Source: Macrostomum lignano
Taxonomy: Eukaryota
Direction of reading: 5' to 3'
Assembly: GCA_002269645.1 (NCBI GenBank)
Contig: NIVC01001399.1
Location: 1-64,000, forward strand
Length of the DNA: 64,000 nt
Part shown: piece by piece, positions 39,701 through 60,069 of the stretch
How positions within the stretch are numbered: position 1 is the stretch's first letter
Layout: every line of letters begins with the position of its first letter
Program-made: the position numbers and the translations under genes
Notes under the pieces: model-generated
Database searches by the model: none
Told to the model about the DNA's origin: nothing
What the model saw: the letters and a program-made list of their open reading frames with translations, nothing else

Positions 39701-41769
39701 AGGACACTGACAAGGTAAACAGTTGAAAGCTTCTATCCCTAATCAAACATGGCACATTGGTGAAAAGAGCTTTATTGATGAATATTTTCGTCCCTCAAAC
39801 TGATCTCAAGAAGCGAAAAAATGGCTTTAAATGAAGCTACTCTACAAAACAATGCGTTTGTCATGTGAATTTTGTACATGTATGTGGCATATTAAACAGT
39901 ATCTCTGCTGATTTTCCAACACTACAGATGGGTATTGAATTGATTGATATTAGTAGCAACTCGATTTATTGTGGATTTTATACGCATTAACGCATTATGT
40001 GTTTGTTTACTAGTACTAGTATAGAAATTTGACGATTACTTGCCTATGTATAAATACAAAACTGCTTTTCTTTCATTTGTGTCGTGATTTAGTTAACATA
40101 TGCGTACCTTACTACTTGTGATTGTCAATTTGTGTTTTCTGTCTGGTACCTTTTAGATAAATTATTTTGCAGCTTCACGTTCTTGTTTTATTATATTTTC
40201 CATTTTGTTTGTTTGTCCAATTATAGAGGTTAAGTTTTTAATAAAATTTAATTTAGAAAGTTTACGATGTGTGTCGAGAATAAATTACCTGACGTTTTGT
40301 ATTATTAATATATTTTTAACCGATATGTATCGAAAAATAAATTAAGTGACATTTTGAGAATTAATACATTTCAGCCGATATGTATCGAAATGAAAGTTTT
40401 TCGCTACTAATTATTACGATATTCATTTAAAAAAGAGAGAGAAATGCTCGCGTTTCCTGCTGCAACCAGAGAGACGCACTGCCATATTTTCATGCAGCTG
40501 TAATTGCTTTCCCCCTGATCTACTCTGGCTGCCGATGCCGCTTCTTTAATTTTGTTTTTAGTTTTTATATCGACAACGTGATGCTTAAATAAAATCTTAT
40601 TGCAGCGAAATAGGTTTTTTTCATTTTTAATAATGGTTTTTCTCACTGCTTCATTAAAAGTTACATAAATAGTTGCGTTTCAACCGTAGAGCTAAATGGT
40701 TCTTTTCCCGTATCTATCTTGCTTTTTATTTGATGTTTTCGCTAATGAGCCCTGTTGTCGTGTGTGCAGTTAATCAAATTTTATACAAAAAATATAAACA
40801 AGAAATCTGAATTTTTAAACAAGTCCTGAGTTTTCGTTTGACTGCACATCGTATTGAAAAATAGAAAAATATTGTTAAGCCTTGTTTTCTCACTTACTAT
40901 GAGTAGAAGAAATGGCGTTTTTTGTATCTTTTGTTAGATAGAAAAGATTTAAACTAAATTTAAATACAAAGTCAGGCTCTGTATGTATAAAAATGCGAAT
41001 CGTATCGATTTTGAATTAATAAAGTTGAGATTAAAACTTTAGACGTAAGCCATTTGTTTCTGTAGAAGTTTATTAATTAATGAGAAGATGTATAAAGTTT
41101 GCCGATATGTTGAGTAAATAAGTTAATAAATCAGATAAATTTCTGTGTTTAATTATCCCGACCCTGGCATGCTTTTAATTAACAATCACGAGTCTTGCTG
41201 CATATTTGTGGTTATTGGTATTATTCATTAGTTTTTACGGTCTTGTGGTGTCTTATTTTCTTATTTGTTTCATTTGCACGTGAATAGACATCATATCTAT
41301 ATATACTCCTATTGCTGTGTTGTGTAATATTTTGTTTTATTACACCCCCGTGTGTCTTTTATTCATTTGGCAAATTAATTACAATTAACAACCAGCATGT
41401 CTTCTTAATGTTCCCTATTAATAAATGCCCTCACCTGTATATCTTGTCCTATATGAACAACTTACAGTAATTTTTTTTCTATTACTAACTACTTCGAAAA
41501 TTTACTAATAATTAGTAATTCGCTTCGAACGCACAGGGAAATATTTATAATTTTCTTTTTTTTTAAATAAATTTATGCCAGGACATGGAATACAGTATGT
41601 TTTGACCGACGATTGACTGATGAATTGTGCGTCGGTTTGTATATTTTATAGCGGACCTACCTGTTAGTTAAGGTGTTTTTTCTTGAGAGTTTATTGATGC
41701 TCTAAAAAGGGGATTTCGGCTCTATGGGCCCATGGTTGACTCTTGAGATTGGCGCTATTACTAACAATT

Positions 41770-42120
41770 TGGCTTGTGGCGCCATTTTTAACTCTTGGGG
41801 TTGTGGCGCTATTGTCTTGACGTTGTGGCCCCATTATCTGAGGTTGTGGCGCCATTGTCAGAGGTTGTAGCGCCGTCGTCTTGACGTTGTGGCGCCATTA
41901 TCAACTCTTGAGGTTGTGGCGCCATTGTCCTAATGTTGTAGCGCCGTCGTCTTGACGTCGTGGCGCCATTATCAACTCTTAGGGAGAGTTGTGGCGCCAT
42001 TGTCCTCATGTTGTAGCGCCGTCGACTTGACGTTGTGGCGCCATTATCAACTCTTGAGGTTGTGGCGCCATTGTCCTAATGTTGTAGCGCCATTATCGAA
42101 TCCAGTTTGTGGCGCCGTTG
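41770..42120. repeat. Degenerate tandem repeat with GTTGTGGCGCCATT core
   Basis: More than ten copies of the core visible. Confidence 0.8.
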
Positions 42121-42874
42121 TCTTTAGGTTTAGCGCAATTGTCTTGAAGTTGTTGGACACTTATCTCTTGCTGTTTTGACATGCTTTTGTTTTTCTTACT
42201 GATGGTAAAACCGTGTTTTTTAATCTCAGCTCGTACCTCGTGTATTGTCTCATATTGCGAGTCTAATTCGCTATGATTTATACTTTTTTACTGTTCATAC
42301 GGATCCGAGTGTGTGGGCGTTTGATCGAGAATTTTTAATGGTATTGACGAGACAGTCAAACAGAACGATGAACAGTTAGTAGTCTGCACCATCCGAGCCC
42401 CTTGAAGACCTTGATGCCACTTACTCTACCTTGCTATTGCAAAATAAATTGCAGCTCAGCTTCGCGACAAAAGCGGCCATTCAATCGTTTGTTCGCGTAG
42501 CTCAGAATCTCGTAGTGGAGCGTGATAGGTAGCTAGACAGGTTGATTGACTGATATTGAATAAGTAGTCCTCTTTTCAATGCCGGCATCAAGCTGCAGCG
42601 TGGTGCTTTTAATTGCTCCACAGTCAGCCGCTTTTTGTTCCTGGGCTTCGCTGTCTCCATTATGCCGCTCACGCACCCTGCCGTGCGTGTGGAAAAGGCG
42701 TTCGTTTATAATTGAAAACTGAAAGGCGCGGTTAATGAAATGGAGGAGGCCGGTTTTAGTGCTCAGAACTTGCAGTTTTTTATCCTTATGACCGGTTTCA
42801 TCTCGCTTCTTGTCTTCTGCTGCGGCTTTTGATGCTGGCTGCCTTGAGTAGCTTCTGTCTTTGTCTCAGTGTTC

Positions 42875-42893
42875 TGTCTGTCTGCCTGCCTGC

Positions 42894-42928
<35 letters not shown>

Positions 42929-43126
42929 CCTGTCTGTCTGTCTGTCTGTCTGTCTGTTTATCTGTCTGTTTATCTGTCTGTGTGTCTCTGTCTGTCTGTC
43001 TGTTTATCTGTTTATCTGTCTGTTTATCTGTCTGTGTGTCTCTGTCTGTCTGTCTGTTTATCTGTTTATCTGTCTGTTTATCTGTCTGTCTGTTTATCTG
43101 TCTGTCTGTCTGTCTGTCTTTCTGTT

Positions 43127-43197
<71 letters not shown>

Positions 43198-43324
43198 TTG
43201 TCTGTTTGTCTGTCTGTGTGTCTCTGTCTGTCTGTCTGTTTATCTGTCTGTGTGTCTCTGTCTGTCTGTCTGTTTATCTGTTTATCTGTCTGTTTATCTG
43301 TCTGTTTGTCTGTCTGTCTGTTTA

Positions 43325-43380
<56 letters not shown>
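42875..43380. repeat. (TCTG)n microsatellite
   Basis: Directly visible. Confidence 0.95.
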
Positions 43381-43383
<3 letters not shown>

Positions 43384-44084
43384 TACTATCTTTCCTAGTA
43401 TCTGCCTCGCTGTTTCTCTGTCTTACAGCCTAGATATATTAGTGTCTGTCGTAGCGTCTTCTGACTGTCTTAAATATAAAAAATCTGCTAAACAATGACT
43501 CGCGCCGCATGTCTTATTGCTGGCATAACTAAGTGAATCTATTGAACTCGGATTTCATTGACCGAGGTTAATTTGAAGCGAGCTTGCAGCAGAAATTTCA
43601 AAATTTACTTATAGTTGATGCGGTTTTCTAGTTTCCAGATGTCGCCTGACGTGGCGGATCAAATTTCAATTGAAATGCCACAAATAGAAAGTTTATTTAT
43701 AGAAAGAAACAGAGCTCGGGAATAATAATTCATCTCTGACTGAGTAGGGCCGATAATAAAAATAATGATGCGCAGCTGTTGACGCCCACGCTCGACCTTG
43801 ACCTTGATTGACCTCGCTCTCGTGCAGCTCCGCCAGAAAACACTACTGGCTTTCAACTAGATTGCCTGTGCTTGCTTGTGAGGGTAATAATTCTTAGTTC
43901 GAAGATGATTTAATGATGTAATAAATGTATAGGTGTTTAATTAAAAGTTGACACTAACCCAACTGAGACTTCTTGTAGGGAAACATTTTAGCGAGTAAAT
44001 TTCACGAATTGATTTTTCTCTAATTTGCTAAAATCTAAAATTTAGATAGCGCCCACTTACACGAATATTTTGAACTGATTGATC

Positions 44085-45113
44085 CATGATCAATTGACTG
44101 ATTGATTGACTGATTGAGTGATTGAGTGATTGATTGATTGATTGACTGATGAATTGATTGATTGATTGCTTGACTGTTTTATTGATTGATTGATTGACTG
44201 ATTGATTTATTGATTGACTGATGGATTGATTGATTGATTGACTGATTGATTGATTGATTGATTGATTGACTGTTTTATTGATTGATTGATTCAGTGATTG
44301 ACTGACAGATTTTTTGATTGATTGATTGACTGATTGACTAATCGACTGACTGATTGATTGTTTGACTGATTGATTGGTTGATTGATTGATTGATTGGTTG
44401 GTTGACTGATTGGACAGTTGATTGATTGATTGACTGACTACCAGTTGATTGATTGATTGATTGACTGACTACCAGTTGATTGATTGATTGATTGACTGAC
44501 TACCAGTTGATTGATTGATTGATTGACTGACTACCAGTTGATTGATTGATTGATTGACTGATTACTAGTTGATTATTTGATTGATTGATTGATTGATTGA
44601 CTGACTACCAGCTGATTGATTGATTGATTGACTGACTACCAGTTGATTGATTGATTGATTGACTGACTACCAGTTGATTGATTGATTGATTGATTGACTG
44701 ATTACTAGTTGATTATTTGATTGATTGATTGATTGATTGACTGACTACCAGCTGATTGATTGATTGATTGATTGACTGACTACCAGTTGATTGATTGATT
44801 GATTGATTGACTGATTACTAGTTGATTATTTGATTGATTGATTGATTGATTGACTGACTACCAGCTGATTGATTGACTGACTACCAGTTGATTGATTGAT
44901 TGATTGATTGACTGATTACTAGTTGATTGATTGATTGATTGATTGATTGACTGACTGACTGACTACCAGCTGATTGATTGATTGATTGATTGATTGATTA
45001 ACTTACTACCAGCTGATTGATTGATTGATTGACTGACTACCAGCTGATTGATTGATTGATTGACTGACTACCAGTTGATTGATTGATTGATTGATTGATT
45101 GACTGATTACTAG

Positions 45114-45149
<36 letters not shown>

Positions 45150-45267
45150 CTGACTTCCAGTTGATTGATTGATTGATTGACTGACTGACTACCAGTTGAT
45201 TGATTGATTGATTGACTGATTACTAGTTGATTATTTGATTGATTGACTGACAACCAGCTGATTGATT
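44085..45267. repeat. (TTGA)n microsatellite with interspersed CTACCAG units
   Basis: Directly visible. Confidence 0.95.
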
Positions 45268-46034
45268 CACGCAGCATAAAATTTCACAAGCCCAAGTGAA
45301 TGAATTCAGTAAATCTCCCGCGTGAGTCGGCCAGGTGACCGAGAAGATGAATACTCGTAATTATTCTGGAAATTTCACTCGCGCCCGTCAGTCACTGTGG
45401 ACGAGTGTTGAACCACAGCTGTTGGGCATCCTGTGTTTCATCCTGTAAAGTAGGCGAATCTCCACTGCCCCACTTCCTGTGTCTTATAATATCGTCTGCT
45501 CACCCCACACACACAATATCCTTATATGGCTGGGTTATTGCTTGTCCATGGCCATCTAGAACCTACAGATCTGGATTGGAAACAGGTCATTTGTTATAGT
45601 CAGACGCTAAAAATATAAAATGTGTCATTCCAGCTTTCGGTTCATTTGTTTACCTCTTAATTAGAACTATTTTTTTAAATCTGCTAAAAATGCGCACGGC
45701 CTGAGATAAAAAAGTTATAAAATTGATCCTTTTTTGCAGGCACACAAACTGCAATCTCATCTCCAGTGCATTGTGGCTGTTTCGGCAGCTCATTAGTTGA
45801 TTAAATCTGTCGTTTTGTTTCCGCTTGCATGAAGAAAGACAGCGTGCCCCAGAGCTGCTGCGAATATCTCATAGCCTACATTTTACTGCCATATTGCTGC
45901 CGTGTCATCCTCAGGTCGTCCCGTTTCACTTCTGCTTTCCCATCCGGCCAATACAGCTCTTGCTTGTTCCCCTCAACCTGCAGTCTCAGTCCACTTCATA
46001 ACAGCTCAGCTCAGCTCGCTTATGTGCGTGCAAT

Positions 46035-46520
46035 CTCACCTCATCTCACCCTGTCTCATTTCATCTAACCCCATCTCACCCTATCTCATCTCACCTCATC
46101 TCACCCTGTCTCATTTCATCTAACCCCATCTCACCCTATCTCATCTCACCTCATCTCTCCCAGTCTCATTTCATCTAACCCCATCTCACCCTATCTCATC
46201 TCACCTCATCTCACCCTGTCTCATTTCATCTAACCCCATCTCACCCTATCTCATCTCACCTCATCTCACCCTGTCTCATTTCATCTAACCCCATCTCACC
46301 CTATCTCATCTCACCTCATCTCTCCCAGTCTCATTTCATCTCACCTCATTTTACCCAGTCTCCTATCTAACCCCATTTCATCCTATCTCATCTCACCTCA
46401 TCTCACCCTGTCTCATTTCATCTCACCTCATTTTACCCAGTCTCCTATCTAACCCCATCTCACCCTATCTCATCTCACCTCATCTCACCCTGTCTCATTT
46501 CATCTCGCCACATCTCACCC
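46035..46520. repeat. About 54-bp CT-rich minisatellite (TCTCACCTCATCTCACCCTGTCTCATTTCATCTAACCCCA...)
   Basis: Directly visible. Confidence 0.88.
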
Positions 46521-46942
46521 CAATCTTCATCCTAATCTTGCTCCAGCTGCACCCTAGTCTCACCTCAATGTCACCCTTTCTCACCTTATTCTCACAAAGC
46601 TGACCTTTCACAGCCCATATCTCACCCAATTCTTCAAATCTCTCTTGATCCATGCCACGCTGAAAGAATGTCACATTTACAGGTTTACAAGAAATTTTCA
46701 CATTTTCCCACCGTAAAATGTATCAGTTCTCGATAGTTTCTTTCCCAAATCCCAACAAGAGAATGACGGTACCTCGAATCCTCACTGGCCAAGGAGAGGT
46801 GAGGAGGGGGGCGCGGAGGTGGGGAAGTCTGAGCGCTGCATCCCACACGCTGACGATCCAAAATTGGAGAAAGGGAAGAGTCAAGGGGACGCGGACTAGC
46901 GACATCCCATAAGCCGGGCCGACCCCCCCCCCCCCGAATCCC

Positions 46943-46951
46943 TATATAAAA
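46943..46951 (+). promoter_or_regulatory. Candidate TATA box of the NPF gene
   Basis: TATATAAAA about 120 nt upstream of the ATG, a GC-rich stretch before it and an Inr-like TCATTT about 28 nt downstream. Confidence 0.6.
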
Positions 46952-47064
46952 GCGGACGAATCCCAAAAATCATTTTGCTTCTTTTAATATCGATACACAC
47001 GGGCCTCTGAGAGTCAATTTAATTGGTCTGTATAAACTATTAAGAGAATAAAGAAGCGGACAAT

Positions 47065-55911
<8,847 letters not shown>

Positions 55912-56831
55912 TTGCTGGCTGACGGCATCTCGAACTGAAATAATTGCGGACAGCAGTGTGGCCGGGATTATTTGTCAAATCTTATCTTATCATATTCACG
56001 ATCGTATTTATAGCTTGCGAGACTATAAATCTGACGTTTTGGCAGTAATGTGACACACTTGAAAGCAAAGCGGCTCGCTAATCAACAATCTAATTTATAG
56101 TTGACAATTATAGTAGTTTAATAACGACGTTAATAATATATATATTCAAAATCTGGCATTATAATTTTGCTGTTATTGTCTAATTAATCATGCAATATAA
56201 TTTAGTGTATTATAATGTATTGCACTAATAATGTATCAATCGATTTTAACAAAAAAACGGTTACCAGGCTAGTAAAACAAGTCGAAGATTTTGTTTTACC
56301 CTACCTTTGGTTTTGGCGTAATTATAAAATAGAATTACGGCATGTATACTTAACTGGAAAAAACTATTGATTATTTTTAAGATTGACATGCTGTTTCGGT
56401 TTTTCTCTTTCAAATTCAATAATTTTCTCGCAAAGTATTGATTAGGAAATTGCTATAATACGCGTACTAACGTTAATTGATTGGGATTTTTGGAGCCTGC
56501 ATCTCGATTGATAAATAAATAAAGCTAAAGGAAAATAATGCTATAGTAGCCGAGTAACTGTTTTTCGTCCTCGCCTAACTGTTGGCTGATGGACAAGGAT
56601 AGCAAAAGATTTTCTTGCTAATTTCTTTTCTTTTTAATTTTTGCAAGTACGAGAAGATTTACTTGAATTCTGTCAAAGACGGTTAAGGATAAGGATAAAA
56701 AGCCGCGGGCAAGATCGTCGGCTTAGCCAAGAATGCGAAATTCACTTCTTCGCTTAATTTAGCGTCAAAACCATGTCGACATCGTCGTTGGTAGTAAGAA
56801 TCGGAGCAATCCGCAGCACCCAGTAATTAAT

Positions 56832-57670
56832 TCAGTTCGATGCGGTCAGCGATTGGAAGAACATTGTCAAGACATTAACTGAAGTGTCTAGTGTAAACGC
56901 TAGTGTACATGTACATGTGTATCTTCCTGGAGCATCGCAGAGGATCGAATGTCTTGGAAGAAGTTGAAGATAAGCTGTCTGGTAACTTCCGGTATCTGCA
57001 GGGGCATCGACCGGCCGGCGCATGCTGCAGCGAAGAGGCAGAGGAGACCGTACCCCATGCATTCCGCTAGGCTAGCTGATGGCGACCAAAAGGAAAAGGA
57101 AAGCTGAGTCACTCAGAGGGGGTCGGTCTCGCCTGTAGCGTGGTGTGCTCCCCCGGCGGTGCATGGTGGAACAACTCGATCGGCTCCCCCGTGTCTCTGG
57201 GGTACCGCGGGCGAGAAGAGGTATGCTCTCGCGGGCCTGCCAAACGTCGTGGGGAGAACCGGGTAATTGGCTCGAGGTGAATGAGCCTGGCCCTGCTAGA
57301 GCACGTGTTGGAGCACGAGACCCTGACATGCGAGTAGTTGAGTTAATGCCTCTTTAAAATCTATAAGACTAGCTATTACATGTACACACATGTACAATAG
57401 AGATCGAATGGCGTATCCTTGACATCCTTCTCGAAAACTTGAGTGAGGATTCGTGCGAAATCCTAGAATCTTTGGTTAGAGACAGTCATTTGCAAATTGT
57501 AAGCTACACGTGGGATAGGCCGCCCTCGAACAGCGAAGAGAGCGACCATCGTAAAAGGTAATTTTTAATTGCATAGTTGACAAAGTGAGTACCTGCTGCT
57601 TTGTGGATCTCCGGATTGGCCATAAAGTTGACGAAGTGACCATGCATGGACTCCACTTCACTCGCTTCAA
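56832..57670 (-). CDS. Tentative spliced gene of unknown function, convergent with NPF
   Basis: GC/CpG-rich blocks bounded by AG/GT: 57593-57670, 57396-57462, about 57111-57322, about 56914-57066. They chain in open, phase-consistent frames; no homology recognised. Confidence 0.3.
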
Positions 57671-59199
57671 CTGCATGCACTCTTCTTGTTTTATACAGTT
57701 ATTAACAAATAATCATGCACTGAGACAGCTTATATTACATGCATATAATATAGCATGAATCTAGGACATGTCACATGATCGATATGCATGTACATAAAGT
57801 CTTAATTGACTATTTAGCCTACTGTTTAAATTTGCAATCAAGAACTATAAACATTATTATTTTAAACATAATAATACATTAGAAGATAACCCTGCGTTAC
57901 CGTCAATTCACTGGACTATTACGCATCCCTTAAAGAATTTCGTCTGCTCTTTACACAGGTCAATCTTCTCTATAAAAAGGTCAGGAATTTCGACCAATTA
58001 CTTTTTGCTACTGTATATTGCTTCAGTCAATGCACCGTTCAAATTTATTCGTTTGTTATAGTAATTTAATTTTTAAAAAAGATTATTCGATGAACTCACT
58101 GGTGTAGCTAAAATATATAAAGTCATGAATAGCTAAAACAGTTAAACAAACTGAATCAGATACATTAGCAGTGTAACAAATCCGCTTTTCAGTTGTTTAT
58201 TCATTTACTGTCTTTTTTAATTCCCTATTTAAATCGTCGTTACTCGTTAAACGTAAAGTTCCTTCGAAGTATTGTTTATGTTCGCTTTTTCACGCTTTGA
58301 AATGTCACGCGCTTTCAAAAATACTACATCTTTTTTTACAAACTCGCTTACCAAAGTAATCTCGCAATTAAAATTAAAGCTATACCTCGTAATTTGTACT
58401 CATTTTTGTATTAATATTTATACTCGTTGTTAGTTGTTAGTCGTCACTTTTCGTCCAAAAATACCGTAAAAATTCTGGCGCGCTTTCAAATACTTTATCT
58501 TTTACAATAACTCGCGGCAAATCGTCTTTATAAACTTCTATTTCGAAAACTTTTCCAAATACATAGCTCTATAATATATTGGCCAAACAGGCTAATCGCC
58601 TGAGCCAAATTCTCTCTTACTTACTAACTTTTTAAAGATTAGCTCAGCTCACTGAGCTCAGCAGTAACAGGCACAGCTATCTATCTATGCAGAATGTTTG
58701 CAATTTAGTTTACATTTTATTTTTGGATATTAGGAAATAACCAACTTGAGGTCAATGTCCAATAGGCCCAACTGGGGCATTAATTCACCATATTTGTATT
58801 TAGAAACATTTGAAATTATTCCTGACTTACTAATTTTATATCCTTTAAAAGCATTTAATAGGCCTAGGCCTACTTTATTTCTTAATTTTGTTTTTTTAAG
58901 TTAATTTTTAGATACATTTAGGCTAGGCCTAATCTCTTAAGAATTGTTTTTATCATTTTTTCACTACTTTTATTATTTTTTAGGGATTAAAATATTCAAC
59001 TTGTAACACCACAAAAAGTTAGGCCTAGGCCCTAGACCTAATTTTTGTACATTTTTTGCTTTTTTATCATTTTGGCCTCTTGCTAAACGTCTGGTAAAAG
59101 TTTTAAAGAAAAAAAAAGATTTATTTTATATACTTAAAGTTCAAAAAGTCTTAGGCCTATATGGAAATCTAGACATGTATCTTAATAAATGAATTTGAC

Positions 59200-59340
59200 T
59201 TGTGACAAAAAAGTTAGAGGTTCAATTCTCAACTCATTTGAAACAATTTGTGTCTTTGAGCAAGACACTTGACTCTGCATTGCTTTAGTTCACCTAGCTA
59301 GGGCCTAACAAAGGTGCTAACATTTGCTGGGGTAATTGAG
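59200..59340 (+). mobile_element. Decayed tRNA-derived CORE-type SINE remnant
   Basis: B-box-like GGTTCAATTC (about 59219-59228) followed by GTGTCTTTGAGCAAGACACTTGACTCT (59250-59276), resembling the CORE/MIR consensus GTGACCTTGGGCAAGTTACTTAACCTCT. Confidence 0.5.
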
Positions 59341-59356
59341 GGTAGGCCCTATATAT

Positions 59357-60040
59357 GGTCCGCGGTCATTTCGTCTGCCGCCTTTTCGTCTGCCAAAGAA
59401 TTTTAGCAGACGAAACGACTTTTTTATTTATGTTTATTTTGGTTCACTTATTTCGTAATTTTTATGTAGGGAATTAAAATAAATTAGTATAAGCAAGTTT
59501 TAAGTATGTTTTCTTATTTATATTGATACATTTTGTTTTTCTTCATTTTCTACGAAACCTAACTTACCTTTTTTTAACACTTTGTGCATTTAAGCTACTT
59601 GTATTCGTGAATAAATTGCATATGAGTTTACATTTTCTATGCCTACAATTTCGATTGCTCCTTACATTTTACACTTTGTGCATTTAAGCTACTTGTATTC
59701 GTGAATAAATTGCATATGAGTTTACATACACGAAAAAAAAGTAAGAAAGAAAACTAAACGGTTGGAGCTTGGAGATATTTGCTTCTGGCTTTGTGTATTT
59801 ATATATATGCAACATATTAGCTCCGGAACTTGCAGAAAAATCCTAGCATTATAATAAATTAGAATTAATAAGACATTTACATTACACTTCCATGCGAAGC
59901 TTGATGACATAATTAGTTATTCCGATTTATATATTATATATATTGGCAGACGAAACGACTATATTGTATATTGGCAGACGAAAAGGCGGCAGACGAAAAG
60001 GCGGCAGACGAAAAGGCGGCAGACGAAATGACCGTCAACC
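59357..60040. mobile_element. Non-autonomous DNA transposon (MITE), 684 bp
   Basis: TIR GGTCCGCGGTCATTTCGTCTGCCGCCTTTTCGTCTGCCAA vs revcomp GGTTGACGGTCATTTCGTCTGCC...; TSD CTATATAT at 59349-59356 and 60041-60048; internal about 55-bp direct repeat. Confidence 0.85.
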
Positions 60041-60069
60041 CTATATATAGCAACTCCCTTAGTCTAGAC

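Noticed and set aside
42450-42850. Exon-like GC-richer blocks encoding a hydrophobic peptide
   Set aside because: Frames contain stops and no family motif was recognised; cannot support a gene call.
45400-46700. Minus-strand exon candidates upstream of NPF (46627-46660, about 45887-45977)
   Set aside because: Splice phases do not chain into an open frame.
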